Of a DNA stretch of 64,000 bases, positions 31,820 through 41,798 are shown piece after piece (within the stretch, counting starts at the first letter, position 1; each line of letters starts with the position of its first letter). The notes under the pieces were generated by a model. That model had not been told where the DNA came from and ran no database searches. It worked only from the letters and a program-made list of their open reading frames with translations. The stretch covers positions 32,001 through 96,000 of the forward strand of contig CAWHDT010000003.1 of the NCBI GenBank assembly GCA_963828195.1, written 5' to 3'. Both the position numbers and the translations under genes were made by a program. Origin of the DNA: Candidatus Bathyarchaeota archaeon. GTDB lineage: Archaea; Thermoproteota; Bathyarchaeia; Bathyarchaeales; Bathycorpusculaceae.

Positions 31820-32614
31820 TTGGGATTTAAAATGGCTGAAGCAGGCAACAATTTTTTTCAAGGGTTCGGCGCTCTTGTTTCAAGACAGATTAAAGATTGG
31901 TACAAAAGCACAACTTTGTTTGCTCTTTCTTTAGTTCAACCAGTGATCTGGATTGTGCTTTATGGTGAATCCTTTCCTAAGGTGGCGTTGCCTGGAATTT
32001 CAAGCGACTATTTTTCTTTTCTGTCGGTTGGTATGCTGAGCTTTGTTGTTCTTTTTGCCTCAATTTTCAGCGGAATGGCTATAGTTTTTGATCGGCAATC
32101 AGGTTTTCTAAAGAAGATGCTTGTATCCTCTGTCTCGCGTGGAAACATAATTATGAGCTATGTGTTTTCGACAGTGCTTAAAGCCCTCGTACAGGTTGCT
32201 ATTCTCTTGATTGTGGCAGTACTGCTTGGTATGCAAACTTCAAACATAACAGCCGTTGGGTTAATAGCCGCATTTATTGCGGAAGCCTTGCTTGTTATAG
32301 GTCTTTCTGCCTTTTTCACAATGATCGGTATTTTGTCAGCCGACCCGAACGTTCAGTTGGCCGTTATGAGCTTTATTAGTTTGCCGTTGCTGTTTGCCAG
32401 CAACTCGTTGTTTCCAACAAGCTCTATGCCGCAGTGGCTTCAATGGGTTGCAAAGGCTAATCCTCTTAGCTACTCAAGCGACGCAGCAAGGCAGACGCTG
32501 CTTGGAACCTCGGGAATGACAAGTCTCATGTTAGATTTTGCTGTCCTCGCTGTATTTGCCGTCGTGTTTTCCTTGCTAAGCGTAATGCTTTCTCTGAAGC
32601 TTCTTTCAAAATAA
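31820..32614 (+). CDS. ABC-2 type permease
   Basis: DRQSGFLKKML, FP...MPQWLQW..ANPLSY. Confidence 0.9.
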   Translation: MGFKMAEAGNNFFQGFGALVSRQIKDWYKSTTLFALSLVQPVIWIVLYGESFPKVALPGISSDYFSFLSVGMLSFVVLFASIFSGMAIVFDRQSGFLKKMLVSSVSRGNIIMSYVFSTVLKALVQVAILLIVAVLLGMQTSNITAVGLIAAFIAEALLVIGLSAFFTMIGILSADPNVQLAVMSFISLPLLFASNSLFPTSSMPQWLQWVAKANPLSYSSDAARQTLLGTSGMTSLMLDFAVLAVFAVVFSLLSVMLSLKLLSK

Positions 32615-32659
32615 TTACAATTTAGCGAAAAACAAACATTTCGTGGGTGCAAGAGTTTT

Positions 32660-33103
32660 TTAGAACCCGCTTTTAATCCATGTTTTGACGGTTTCAAAGC
32701 AGAATGCAACCGCACAGCCAGCAATTACCACGGTTGTAAAAAAGTATCCACTTGTAATAATTTGCGGTCTTAGCAAAGTTAGCTCAATTATTAGGGCGGC
32801 GACGGTGAAGATGGCATAGAACAAATATCTTGGAACAAGGAAATGGCTGATTTTCACTTCATTGTCCAAGACGACTTTGTCGATGACGTATTCGCCGTTT
32901 TCCCGTTTAAGAAGCCCTGCCTCTTCCAGCTTGGACATGTGGTACAATGCGAGTGAGGGCGAGCTGAGGTTGAGGGCTCTTTGAACCTCGCGGATTCCCA
33001 CAGGCTTGCCGCTTTTGAGCACGAAACGGTAGACTTCAAGCGTTGTCCCCTTAAGTACGCCGTCGGTTTTGTCTGAGCCCAAGTTACCCCCTGATACGTC
33101 CAT
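32660..33103 (-). CDS. membrane-anchored winged-HTH regulator
   Basis: LKGTTLEVY...GIREVQRALNLSSPSLALYHMSKL plus two C-terminal TMs; start probably ATG 33103. Confidence 0.82.
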   Translation of the reverse strand: MDVSGGNLGSDKTDGVLKGTTLEVYRFVLKSGKPVGIREVQRALNLSSPSLALYHMSKLEEAGLLKRENGEYVIDKVVLDNEVKISHFLVPRYLFYAIFTVAALIIELTLLRPQIITSGYFFTTVVIAGCAVAFCFETVKTWIKSGF

Positions 33104-33132
33104 TAATTGAATGATTGATTTAAGCAAATCTG

Positions 33133-33184
33133 TGTTCAAAACTTTGAACAGACAAAAAAGGGAACAGGTGGGGTGTTCAAAACT
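33133..33184. promoter_or_regulatory. palindromic operator TGTTCAAA-AC-TTTGAACA plus half-site
   Basis: Perfect 8-2-8 palindrome at 33133-33150; GTGTTCAAAACT repeated at 33173-33184; lies between divergent genes. Confidence 0.6.
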
Positions 33185-33207
33185 GTAGAATTAAGTAGCT
33201 CCCTGCC

Positions 33208-33855
33208 ATGGGTAACTTACGAAATTTAGGAGAAACAACTGTGACCAATCAAACTGCAAAATCAAAGGTTCCGGCGGTTGCCTATGCTTTAATCGTCGTG
33301 GTCATAGTCGCGGGTTTCATTGGCTACAACATGACCCAGCTGAATTTTGGGAAGGCAGGGCTTCTGGTTAAGCTCGGCTTGGTAAAGACGACTCCTGTGA
33401 CAACATATCATGACCTCTTTGGCTCCACACCTATCGTAGGCGGCAACTATTCATTCTCTCCCCCAGTCACAATGTACCGTGCAGTTACAATTGGCTTGGA
33501 AAGCGACGGGTGGAACGCAAGCAGCTTAAACAACATGACGGTACATGTTTCCCTTAACTACTACATATTTTACACAAATGTTACCGCACTATACCAGCTA
33601 ATATCCAAAGACAACATAACTCTAACAGGTTTACCAGATCCAAATTTGACTGGAGCCGCATCTGGGTTCGAAATCATAAACGCGGTAACTGCCCCAGTTG
33701 ATAATTATCAGCCGCAAATCTTTAACGGGGTATCCTGCAGGTACATCTGGGCCATAGAGGTTGAGCAAAATTCAGGAATGTGCATGCCGCCTCCGGGATA
33801 TTATTTGGTGGATGCAGCAACAGCCCAACTTATCCCAACAGGACCCCTCATATAA
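33208..33855 (+). CDS. hypothetical exported/membrane-anchored protein
   Basis: N-terminal TM, NxS/T sequons, C-terminal YLVDAAT (PepSY-like ending). Confidence 0.7.
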   Translation: MGNLRNLGETTVTNQTAKSKVPAVAYALIVVVIVAGFIGYNMTQLNFGKAGLLVKLGLVKTTPVTTYHDLFGSTPIVGGNYSFSPPVTMYRAVTIGLESDGWNASSLNNMTVHVSLNYYIFYTNVTALYQLISKDNITLTGLPDPNLTGAASGFEIINAVTAPVDNYQPQIFNGVSCRYIWAIEVEQNSGMCMPPPGYYLVDAATAQLIPTGPLI

Positions 33856-33877
33856 AACAATCCGCAAGTGACAGTCT

Positions 33878-35245
33878 ATGAGCGCACAAAAAAACAAAAT
33901 TGCCATCGCCATAACGCTTGCAATAGTTTTAGTTCTGCTTTTAGGCGGAGTAAGCTTCACATTCTTTCCTTCAAAGGTAACGTCCACGGCGCATCAGACA
34001 CCAGTGGCTCCTGAGTCATTCTTGCCGGCCACCAACTCTTCAATTGACACGAATACTTTGCTATTCGAAGTTTATTTTGCTCCACCAATGAATACAACCA
34101 TCGCGATTGAAAACGATGGAAGCATCAACTCAACCACAGCGCCAATTCAAAGAGTCGGCGACACATACACAGTTACAGCAAACATTGTTAACGAAACAAT
34201 CCTAATTCAAAAAGATAACATTGTGTTAAATGGCGATGGGCACACGCTGGAAGGCTTCGGCAGCGGTTTTGTTTGGGCTTATGAAGCAATAGACTTGCAA
34301 AACGTAAAAAACGTCACTGTCGAAAATTTTGATGTTGATTCTTTCTGGCAGCCGATTCAAGCTCATGACTCATTAAACTTCCAAATTAAAGACAACAACT
34401 TGACAAATTGCGGTTCAGAGGCAATAATGCTTGATTCATGCAACGGCTCTGTCGTTTCAGGCAACATTTTGGAAGGATCAATCGACATATTCAACGGTGT
34501 GGCGCAATCAGCAACCAACGCTATAACCGGAAATACCCTGTATGATGCTGCGGAGGGCATCCAAATCTACGGAAGTTCCTTCAACATCATAAGTGGCAAC
34601 TTGCTCACAAACATCTATGACAACATCGGAGTAGACGGTAACTCAAGCGTAATTTCAAATAATGTTATGCTAAACGGGATTGAAGGTATTTTTGCAGGAG
34701 GCGACACAGTAATCTTTGGCAACACCGTGGATAATATGACTGATATTGGTTTAGAAGTCCAGGGTCAAAATAACACGATATATGCAAACACTGTTGAAAA
34801 CGCTAAATGCGGCGTTTCTCTGCAAATAAGCAATGGACCGGGAAGCACCGTTTTCTACGACAACAACTTCATCAATATCACGCAAAACCTTCAATTTGAC
34901 CAAGCTGCAGAACCCGCTCTTTGGGATAACGGCAAAGTAGGCAACTACTGGAGCAGCAACAACGGAACCACCGAAAACGGCGGAGTAGGCGACTCACCAT
35001 ACAATTTGGGAGGCAACAATGTAGATGAGTACCCGCTTATGCAGCCTTATGCTTACGCTGTTCCCCAATCAACCGCTATCGTGGCAGGTGGCTCCTCGAC
35101 TGGTCTGCTCTTCTTTACCTTTGCAATAATAGTGGCAGCTATCGGAGCCGTCGCGACGCTTTGCCTATACATTAGAAATAAAGCCGCTTTGAGACCCAAA
35201 AATGGGGATTTTCCCAGTTTCAACGGGGAGAAGAACAACATTTGA
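33878..35245 (+). CDS. NosD-like right-handed beta-helix surface protein
   Basis: Signal/TM, GN-rich repeats, WDNGKVGNYWS, GVGDSPY, D.YPLM, C-terminal TM. Confidence 0.85.
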   Translation: MSAQKNKIAIAITLAIVLVLLLGGVSFTFFPSKVTSTAHQTPVAPESFLPATNSSIDTNTLLFEVYFAPPMNTTIAIENDGSINSTTAPIQRVGDTYTVTANIVNETILIQKDNIVLNGDGHTLEGFGSGFVWAYEAIDLQNVKNVTVENFDVDSFWQPIQAHDSLNFQIKDNNLTNCGSEAIMLDSCNGSVVSGNILEGSIDIFNGVAQSATNAITGNTLYDAAEGIQIYGSSFNIISGNLLTNIYDNIGVDGNSSVISNNVMLNGIEGIFAGGDTVIFGNTVDNMTDIGLEVQGQNNTIYANTVENAKCGVSLQISNGPGSTVFYDNNFINITQNLQFDQAAEPALWDNGKVGNYWSSNNGTTENGGVGDSPYNLGGNNVDEYPLMQPYAYAVPQSTAIVAGGSSTGLLFFTFAIIVAAIGAVATLCLYIRNKAALRPKNGDFPSFNGEKNNI

Positions 35246-35541
35246 ATTTAGGGTGTTGTTGTTCTTTCAAAAACCTTCAGAAATAGCGACGTCTTGACAT
35301 TTTTGCTTTTTCAAATTCAGATAACCTTATATTTACGCCCTAAACAAAAAATAAAGCCAGAACAAGCCCTAAACTCTAAGCCACCAACCGACCTATAGAC
35401 CTACATACTATTTGCGCCAAAAAACAACCACAAAAAGCAAACAGTAGCAGAAGAAGAAAAAAACTTTTTACAGGCTTCTTCTTCTTTTAAAAAAATGTTG
35501 CCGAGAAGAGCAACAGTTGTTCCCCAAGTGTTGTTGTTCTT
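35231..35541. repeat. three 10-16-10 palindromes (consensus AAGAASAACA-N16-TSTTSTTCTT)
   Basis: Copies at 35231-35266, 35451-35486 and 35506-35541 with identical spacing. Confidence 0.7.
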
Positions 35542-35782
35542 TTAATTTAAAACTTGCTAACGAAAACCAGCCACAAAAAGATAAAAAATAAAAAAGGTAC
35601 TGAAAAGAGGAAGGTGTGTTATTTCATAATGACTTTTTGGTCTTTCGAAAAGGGGCAGCTAACGCTTGAGAAAAAAAGATTCTTGCAAGTGCTTTTTACT
35701 CGCCGTTTTGATTTTCGCGAGCTTTTTAACCCTGCCTAAGATTGAGAAAGCATTAAATCTCCACGCATTCCACTACTAACCC

Positions 35783-37189
35783 ATGAAAGCTTTTCTCGGT
35801 TACATCAAAGAGGAAAACATGGGGTTATTCACAGATTTTTATGAATTGACTATGTGTGCAAGTTATTTTGATAACAAAAATTTTGAACCCGCAACCTTCG
35901 ACTTGTTTATTAGACGACTGCCAGAAAACCGCTCCTACTTCTTATTCGCGGGGTTAGAAGAAGCCTTGCAGTACCTGGAAAGCGTCAGATTCACTGAGGA
36001 GCATTTGACTTATCTGAAAAAACAGGGGTTCAAAGAGGAATTTCTTGATTACCTGTGTGGATTTAGGTTCACGGGCGATGTCTTCGCTGTCCCAGAGGGC
36101 ACAGTTGTTTTTCCAAATGAACCCTTGATCCGCGTTACCGCACCGATAATTGAAGCCCAGCTGATTGAAACGTTTTTGCTAAACAGCGTTAACTTGCAAA
36201 CCATGATAGCGACAAAAGCCTCGCGGGTAGTGCATGCAGCAAAGGGAAAATCCGTGATTGAATTTGGCTTGCGGAGAGAACATGGCATCGACGCAGGCAT
36301 GAAAGTGGCGAGGAGCAGCTACATCGCTGGGTGCCAAGGCACCAGCAACGTTTTGGCAGGGCAAGCCTACGGCATCCCGGTTTTCGGAACCATGGCTCAC
36401 TCCTTCATAATGTCTTACCCCAAAGAGATTGATGCGTTCCGAGCTTTCGCCAAAACTTTCCCAAACAAATCCACACTTCTCATAGATACTTACGACGACA
36501 TTTCGGGCGCTGAAAAAGCCGCAATTGTAGCTAAAGAGCTTGAGGCCAAGGGCTTTAGGCTTGGAGGCGTCCGATTGGACAGCGGTGATTTAGAGAAAAC
36601 CAGCAAAAAAGTCAGAAAAATTCTTGATGCTCAGGGCTTGGAATATGTGAAGATTTTTGTAAGTGGCGACTTGGACGAATACAAAATTTCGGAGCTTCTC
36701 GGTGGGCGAGCAAAAATTGATTCGTTCGGGGTGGGAACAAAGATGGGAACGTCAGCTGATAGGCCTTACTTGGATGTGATTTACAAGCTCTGTGAAACCA
36801 TGGCGTCTGACGGCAGCTTTTCTCCGATTATGAAGTTAAGCAGGGACAAAATTACTTTGCCAGGTCGAAAACAGGTTTACCGCTTTACCGACGCGGCAGG
36901 GAATTTTGAAAAAGACACTATTGCCCTATATGATGAAAAAATGCTGGGTGAACCTTTGCTGGTTGAAGTTATGGAAAAAGGCAAATTGATCTATAAGTTG
37001 CCTTCGCTTGATACAATTCGAGCTGTTGCTACAGAGAATCTATCCAAGTTTCCTGAAGAGTATAAAGCATTAACCGATGCTCCTGTTTACCCCGTTGAGT
37101 TAAGCAGAAACTTGCTGAGCCTAGTTAAAACCTTAAAGCGCCAGTTAACTCTAAAAGAGGTAAATCGGGGTTCTGATCTTCACGCTTAA
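35783..37189 (+). CDS. pncB: nicotinate phosphoribosyltransferase
   Basis: LFTDFYELTM, EFGLRR, GTMAHS, LIDTYD, GVRLDSGD, FGVGT. Confidence 0.95.
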   Translation: MKAFLGYIKEENMGLFTDFYELTMCASYFDNKNFEPATFDLFIRRLPENRSYFLFAGLEEALQYLESVRFTEEHLTYLKKQGFKEEFLDYLCGFRFTGDVFAVPEGTVVFPNEPLIRVTAPIIEAQLIETFLLNSVNLQTMIATKASRVVHAAKGKSVIEFGLRREHGIDAGMKVARSSYIAGCQGTSNVLAGQAYGIPVFGTMAHSFIMSYPKEIDAFRAFAKTFPNKSTLLIDTYDDISGAEKAAIVAKELEAKGFRLGGVRLDSGDLEKTSKKVRKILDAQGLEYVKIFVSGDLDEYKISELLGGRAKIDSFGVGTKMGTSADRPYLDVIYKLCETMASDGSFSPIMKLSRDKITLPGRKQVYRFTDAAGNFEKDTIALYDEKMLGEPLLVEVMEKGKLIYKLPSLDTIRAVATENLSKFPEEYKALTDAPVYPVELSRNLLSLVKTLKRQLTLKEVNRGSDLHA

Positions 37190-37392
37190 CTTTTCTTATT
37201 TTTCTCATGTTTCTTTTTTTTGTATTCCCCGCAGTAACTGTTGCCGCCTGCCCTGCATTGCTTAGAAACTTTATCGCATTCTTTTATGTATTCGCAGCTG
37301 TAAAAAAAGCCGTCAATTCTCTCTTGCAAACCAACAAATGCTCCCTTAACTCTTTCCAAGTGAAGCGCCCAATGAACTATCATTGTGTTCAC
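37186..37392 (-). CDS. possible small Cys-containing basic protein
   Basis: 68 aa ORF filling the gap; four Cys and a Lys tail; no family recognised. Confidence 0.35.
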   Translation of the reverse strand: MNTMIVHWALHLERVKGAFVGLQERIDGFFYSCEYIKECDKVSKQCRAGGNSYCGEYKKKKHEKNKKS

Positions 37393-37487
37393 TATATTAG
37401 GTAACCGCTATTTCGTGGAAATATGGCAAACCCTTAATAGCTCTTGTAGAAAAGGATAAGTGCTATTCAAAAAGGGAAGACGTAATT

Positions 37488-38693
37488 ATGCAAAATCGCC
37501 CAGCCATAGTTGGTGTTGGCAGAACAAAGTTTGGAGAGCATTATGGCAAAGAACCAGAAAAACTAATTGAGGAAGCCTGGCTTGCCGCTTCAAACGAATT
37601 TAATATAGAACGCAAAGACTTAGAAGCCTGTTACATGTCAGATTGTTTTCTTCCCATCACAAATAAACTGGGCTTAGAAGAAGGCTTCCTCTCGGAACTT
37701 ACCGAACTGCACGTTCCTATGGAGGTAACTCGCTCTTTCAGCGCAGCGTTATTAACCGCTTGCCACGCGATTCAAGCAGGAGTATACAACACGGTTCTGG
37801 TCGGCGGCATAGAAAAAATGACTGACCGCTGGGACAAAATACGCGATGACCTCATGCTTCTGGAAGATCCATGGAGCTACTATGCAGGCGGGACTCCCGA
37901 AGCAAACCATGAACTCCTGTTGAGAGCTTACATTAAAAAGCACAACATAACTGGCGAAAACCTTGACAAACTCAACATCGCTCTAGCTCAAGTCGCAGTT
38001 AAAAACCACGCGAACGCAACCAAAAACAAGTATGCTCAGTACCAAAGAAAAATCACTGTTGAACAAGTCTTGAACGCGCGGAAAGCAGCGCATAAATCCC
38101 TGGGACTCTACGATTTTGCCCCAATCTCTGATGGCGCATCAGCCTTGATTCTTACAAGCGAAGCAGTAGCCAAAAAATCGGTTGCCCATCCAGTTTACGT
38201 TTTAGGCTGCACTTCAGCGACCGATTACCTGAATTACTCAGCAAGAGACGATTTGTCTCATTTTATCGCGGCTGAAATCGCCATGAAGAATGCTTCTCAA
38301 ATGGCTAAAACAGCCGTCTCTGACATGCAGGTTATTGAAGTAAACGACCAGTCAACCATGATGGAGCTTGTTTCCCTCGAAGACTTAGGCTTCTGCGCGC
38401 CGGGAACAGCTTGGAAGAATATTTATGAAAGCTGCCAAAATAACCAAAATTGCTATGAAATTGGCGGCAGGCAACTTTACGTTAACACGGATGGCGGGTT
38501 AAAAGCAGATGGCAACCCGCTAGGCGCCACCGGCGGGGCACAAATTTTTGAGATTTACCGCCAGTTAAAAGGTGAAGCGGGCGAACGCCAAGTTAAAATC
38601 GCCAACGGTTCACCGAAAAATGGTTGTGTTCTTGAGTTTGAAGGCTTTGGAACTAAAGCTTACGTTAGCATCTTGGGAGAGAAGAAAGATTGA
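37488..38693 (+). CDS. archaeal thiolase-family protein (catalytic motifs degenerate)
   Basis: GVGRTKFG, GGIEKM, VKNHANA, PISDGASA, VNTDGGLKADGNPLGATG. Confidence 0.88.
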   Translation: MQNRPAIVGVGRTKFGEHYGKEPEKLIEEAWLAASNEFNIERKDLEACYMSDCFLPITNKLGLEEGFLSELTELHVPMEVTRSFSAALLTACHAIQAGVYNTVLVGGIEKMTDRWDKIRDDLMLLEDPWSYYAGGTPEANHELLLRAYIKKHNITGENLDKLNIALAQVAVKNHANATKNKYAQYQRKITVEQVLNARKAAHKSLGLYDFAPISDGASALILTSEAVAKKSVAHPVYVLGCTSATDYLNYSARDDLSHFIAAEIAMKNASQMAKTAVSDMQVIEVNDQSTMMELVSLEDLGFCAPGTAWKNIYESCQNNQNCYEIGGRQLYVNTDGGLKADGNPLGATGGAQIFEIYRQLKGEAGERQVKIANGSPKNGCVLEFEGFGTKAYVSILGEKKD

Positions 38694-40198
38694 GTAGCGA
38701 ACCGATAGAGCGGCGGGTTTCTTATTTAGGCGATAGGTTACGGGCAAGCCGCTGTCAAAGCTGCGGCAAAGAATACTTTGAAGTTAGAGATTACTGCAGC
38801 AACTGCGGCAGAAAAAGCTACGGCAAAATGGCTAGCATAGATCTATTTTATGATAAAGGTAAACTTGAACTATGCACCCTCATCAACGAGCCTACCAATA
38901 AGTTCATGAAATTTCCCAGTTTCGTCTACGGCATCATTTCTTTCCACGATGGTAAAATTCGTGTTCCAGGAAGGTTAACTGATCAGTTGATAACTGACAG
39001 TGCGGATGTTGATTTTTCAAGCCTTGAGGGCAGAGAAGTGATTCCGCGTTTTAGAAGGCGCTATTCAGTCGGCAAAAACGACTTGATTCCAACCATCTCT
39101 TTAGCCTTCACTTTAGCCGACGAGTATTATCCCCATCAAGAATACAGTATGCTTGCGCCAAACAAAGAATATGAAATCCCCGGAGTGGTAGGCTACGGCG
39201 TTTACACATCTAAGTTTCGAATAAAAGAAAGCGGGTTGGAACGTGCTGTTCCCTTCATTGACGAAGATTCGGTGACAGCCGCTGTGGAAGCGGGAAAACT
39301 GGCTCTGATTCATTCAGGTGTTGACAGCAGGCTGGTTGGCAAAGTTTATGTTGGCTCCGAATCGAACCCCTATGCAGTTAAGCCAATTGCCTCAAAGGTG
39401 GCTCAAGTGCTTAAACTTGGCGAAGAAGACGGCGACATCCAAGGCGTGGACGCTGTAGACACCGAGTTTGCTTGTAAAGCAGCAACAAGCATGTTCAAAG
39501 ATGCAGCTGCCCTTGTCAGCTACCCAAGGTCAGGCATAAAATACACCATGGTTATCGGCGCCGATAACTCTCAAGCAGCACCCCGAGGCTGCCTCGGCGG
39601 CGAACTGGACGCGTTTGTTGGGTACGGCGGCGCCGCGTTTATTTTTGGGAAACATGACGTTATCGCTGAAGTCGAGGGATGGTACTCTTGCACGTCTGAT
39701 ACCCCCGATTTTTGGCGCAGAGACGGCGAACCTTTCCCGATGCATGGTGGAAGATTCACAGGCGACCCAGCCTATTTCAAGCATGTCAGAAAAGCGACGT
39801 GTAAACTTATGGAACGCTTTAACCTCAAAGCAAATGACTTGAACTATTTTGTGGCGCATCAGCCTAACCCCACGTTCCCAGTCAGGATGGCAAAGGAGCT
39901 GGGTTTTAAGGATGAGCAGTATTTGCCTGCGCTTCAAATTAACAAGTTCGGAAACACTTATTCCGGTTGCTCACCTGTTGGTTTAGCAGCCGTGTTAGAT
40001 GTCGCTGAGCCTGAACAACGCATCTTAGTTGCAAGTTACGGTTCAGGCGCGGGAAGCGACGCGTATTTACTTAGAACCACCAGCCAACTTCTTGACAAGC
40101 GAAGACGCCAAAAAGTTAACGTTAAATTTCAAGCAGAAAACCCGTTCATAGAGTACGTGGATTACCAGACTTATCGCCGATTTAAGCTTGGTATGTAA
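38690..40198 (+). CDS. DUF35 (Zn-ribbon/OB)-hydroxymethylglutaryl-CoA synthase fusion
   Basis: N-terminal CQSC..CSNC plus OB fold; C-terminal DEDSVT, VGSESNPYAVKP, EFACKA, HQPN, GNTYSG, SYGSGAGSDA. Confidence 0.9.
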   Translation: MSSEPIERRVSYLGDRLRASRCQSCGKEYFEVRDYCSNCGRKSYGKMASIDLFYDKGKLELCTLINEPTNKFMKFPSFVYGIISFHDGKIRVPGRLTDQLITDSADVDFSSLEGREVIPRFRRRYSVGKNDLIPTISLAFTLADEYYPHQEYSMLAPNKEYEIPGVVGYGVYTSKFRIKESGLERAVPFIDEDSVTAAVEAGKLALIHSGVDSRLVGKVYVGSESNPYAVKPIASKVAQVLKLGEEDGDIQGVDAVDTEFACKAATSMFKDAAALVSYPRSGIKYTMVIGADNSQAAPRGCLGGELDAFVGYGGAAFIFGKHDVIAEVEGWYSCTSDTPDFWRRDGEPFPMHGGRFTGDPAYFKHVRKATCKLMERFNLKANDLNYFVAHQPNPTFPVRMAKELGFKDEQYLPALQINKFGNTYSGCSPVGLAAVLDVAEPEQRILVASYGSGAGSDAYLLRTTSQLLDKRRRQKVNVKFQAENPFIEYVDYQTYRRFKLGM

Positions 40199-40252
40199 CA
40201 AATACTTTAATAAATCACGCGTTAATGTCTGATAGCGACGGAGCCAAAAGAA

Positions 40253-41533
40253 TTGATTCTCGACGACATACCGCAAGTTGTTTACGCACCTGCAAAAGCA
40301 TTCAAGAAAATAATTGAAAACCCCAAATACTTGGGTGCAATAGTAATTCTGGTTCTTTTCATAGGCTTACAGATTGCTTATAGCTATTCACAGTTCTCAA
40401 GCACTTACACAGAAAACACGTCCCCGTCAATTACTAATTTATCAAATTACGTCAATGCGACGGCGACCTCATCAGGGTTGCCGCTTTGGAACTCCATCTC
40501 CGGCGCATCTTTCAGCAACAACAATGTTGACTTCTACAACTACACCATTTACGTCCCCGCGATTGCGGAAAACTATACTTTGTTTGGCAACAGCAGCTTA
40601 GAAATCGACGCTGCAAACGCCACAGACGTTTCAGCTACATTAAGCAACGCTTTCGACGTGAACTGCGGCGCCGGCGGCTTTGAAAACCTTTCAATGGCGC
40701 TTCAACTGGTTGAGCCGCAGGCTGTGCCTCAAAGCGCAGCTTTAACACTTTACTCAGTTAATGCTTCAAACTACTACACATACGATTTGACTTCTTCACT
40801 GTCAAATCCCTCAGACATTAACCAGTGGAATAACCTAACGCTTCCAGTGGGTTCATCCGCGCAGGGCTGGACGCCCACAGGGAATCCTTCCTGGGGCAAC
40901 ATAACATCACTAATGTTAAACTTCAATTACCCATCCGCCACAAACGTAACCATCCTCATCGGCACCTTGTTCTTCCACGGTCAATACCAAACATTTAACC
41001 AAGCCTTCGGACCTACACCGCTAATCTCATTTTTAGAAGCGTACTCTTTGCAGTTCATTTTCAGTTGGTTCCTGTTAACAGCGTTGCTTTACATTTTCTT
41101 CAAAGCACTCAAAGCCAACATAACTTGGAAACCGATTTTCATCTCTACAGCTTTTGCATTATTCGTGATGGTTGTTCGATCCGTAGTAAATCTTATCGCG
41201 ACATTTACCTTGCCGGCAGTTTATTACCCCTACGATTTGTCGCTTGGAGTAACCTCGAACGTTTTTGGCGCGGTATCTGTTCCCTCAGCGGCGGCAACCA
41301 CCTATTCAGCGCAAACGCAAGCAATCCTCAGCCACATCACATCTCTGACTTCAACTTTCAACGGAATAATAGAAGTGATGTTTCTGGTTTCATACATTTG
41401 GTTAGGTGTCCTCTGCACAATAATTGTTGGAACACTCAAACCCGAGTTCTCAATGATGAAGCGCATAACCATTGCAGCGGTAAGCGTCGCAGTCACCCTG
41501 CTACTCCTACTACTATTCGTGGGCCTAGTGTAA
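40253..41533 (+). CDS. Yip1-like membrane protein with large extracellular domain
   Basis: VVYAPAKAFKKI N-terminus, glycosylation-sequon-rich loop, multiple C-terminal TMs. Confidence 0.7.
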   Translation: MILDDIPQVVYAPAKAFKKIIENPKYLGAIVILVLFIGLQIAYSYSQFSSTYTENTSPSITNLSNYVNATATSSGLPLWNSISGASFSNNNVDFYNYTIYVPAIAENYTLFGNSSLEIDAANATDVSATLSNAFDVNCGAGGFENLSMALQLVEPQAVPQSAALTLYSVNASNYYTYDLTSSLSNPSDINQWNNLTLPVGSSAQGWTPTGNPSWGNITSLMLNFNYPSATNVTILIGTLFFHGQYQTFNQAFGPTPLISFLEAYSLQFIFSWFLLTALLYIFFKALKANITWKPIFISTAFALFVMVVRSVVNLIATFTLPAVYYPYDLSLGVTSNVFGAVSVPSAAATTYSAQTQAILSHITSLTSTFNGIIEVMFLVSYIWLGVLCTIIVGTLKPEFSMMKRITIAAVSVAVTLLLLLLFVGLV

Positions 41534-41690
41534 AAATCAACTAACCCCTAAGCAACCCCTATCTTCTTTTGCTTTTCACATCTTAAACACAGCAAAGTTA
41601 GGGCTTATCGAGGTTTCTGTCGGCGCTTTGTTTGGATTTTGTTTGTTGTGCGTTGGGTTGCTTTTTTGGTTTAGCGTTTGTTTTTTTGGC

Positions 41691-41760
41691 AGGTTGCGTT
41701 TTTTCCCGTTCGCTTCCGTTGTATCCCGTTGTTTCCCGTTGAACGCCGTTTCTATCCGTT
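41691..41760 (+). repeat. 10-bp-period tandem array NNNNNCCGTT
   Basis: Six units ending in CCGTT (41701-41760) plus one ending in GCGTT. Confidence 0.85.
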
Positions 41761-41798
41761 TGTAAATGCCAAAGCAAGAAGAAATAAACAAGAACAAT

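Noticed and set aside
35554-35739. 61-aa ORF upstream of pncB
   Set aside because: TTG start, low complexity, no RBS or family motif.
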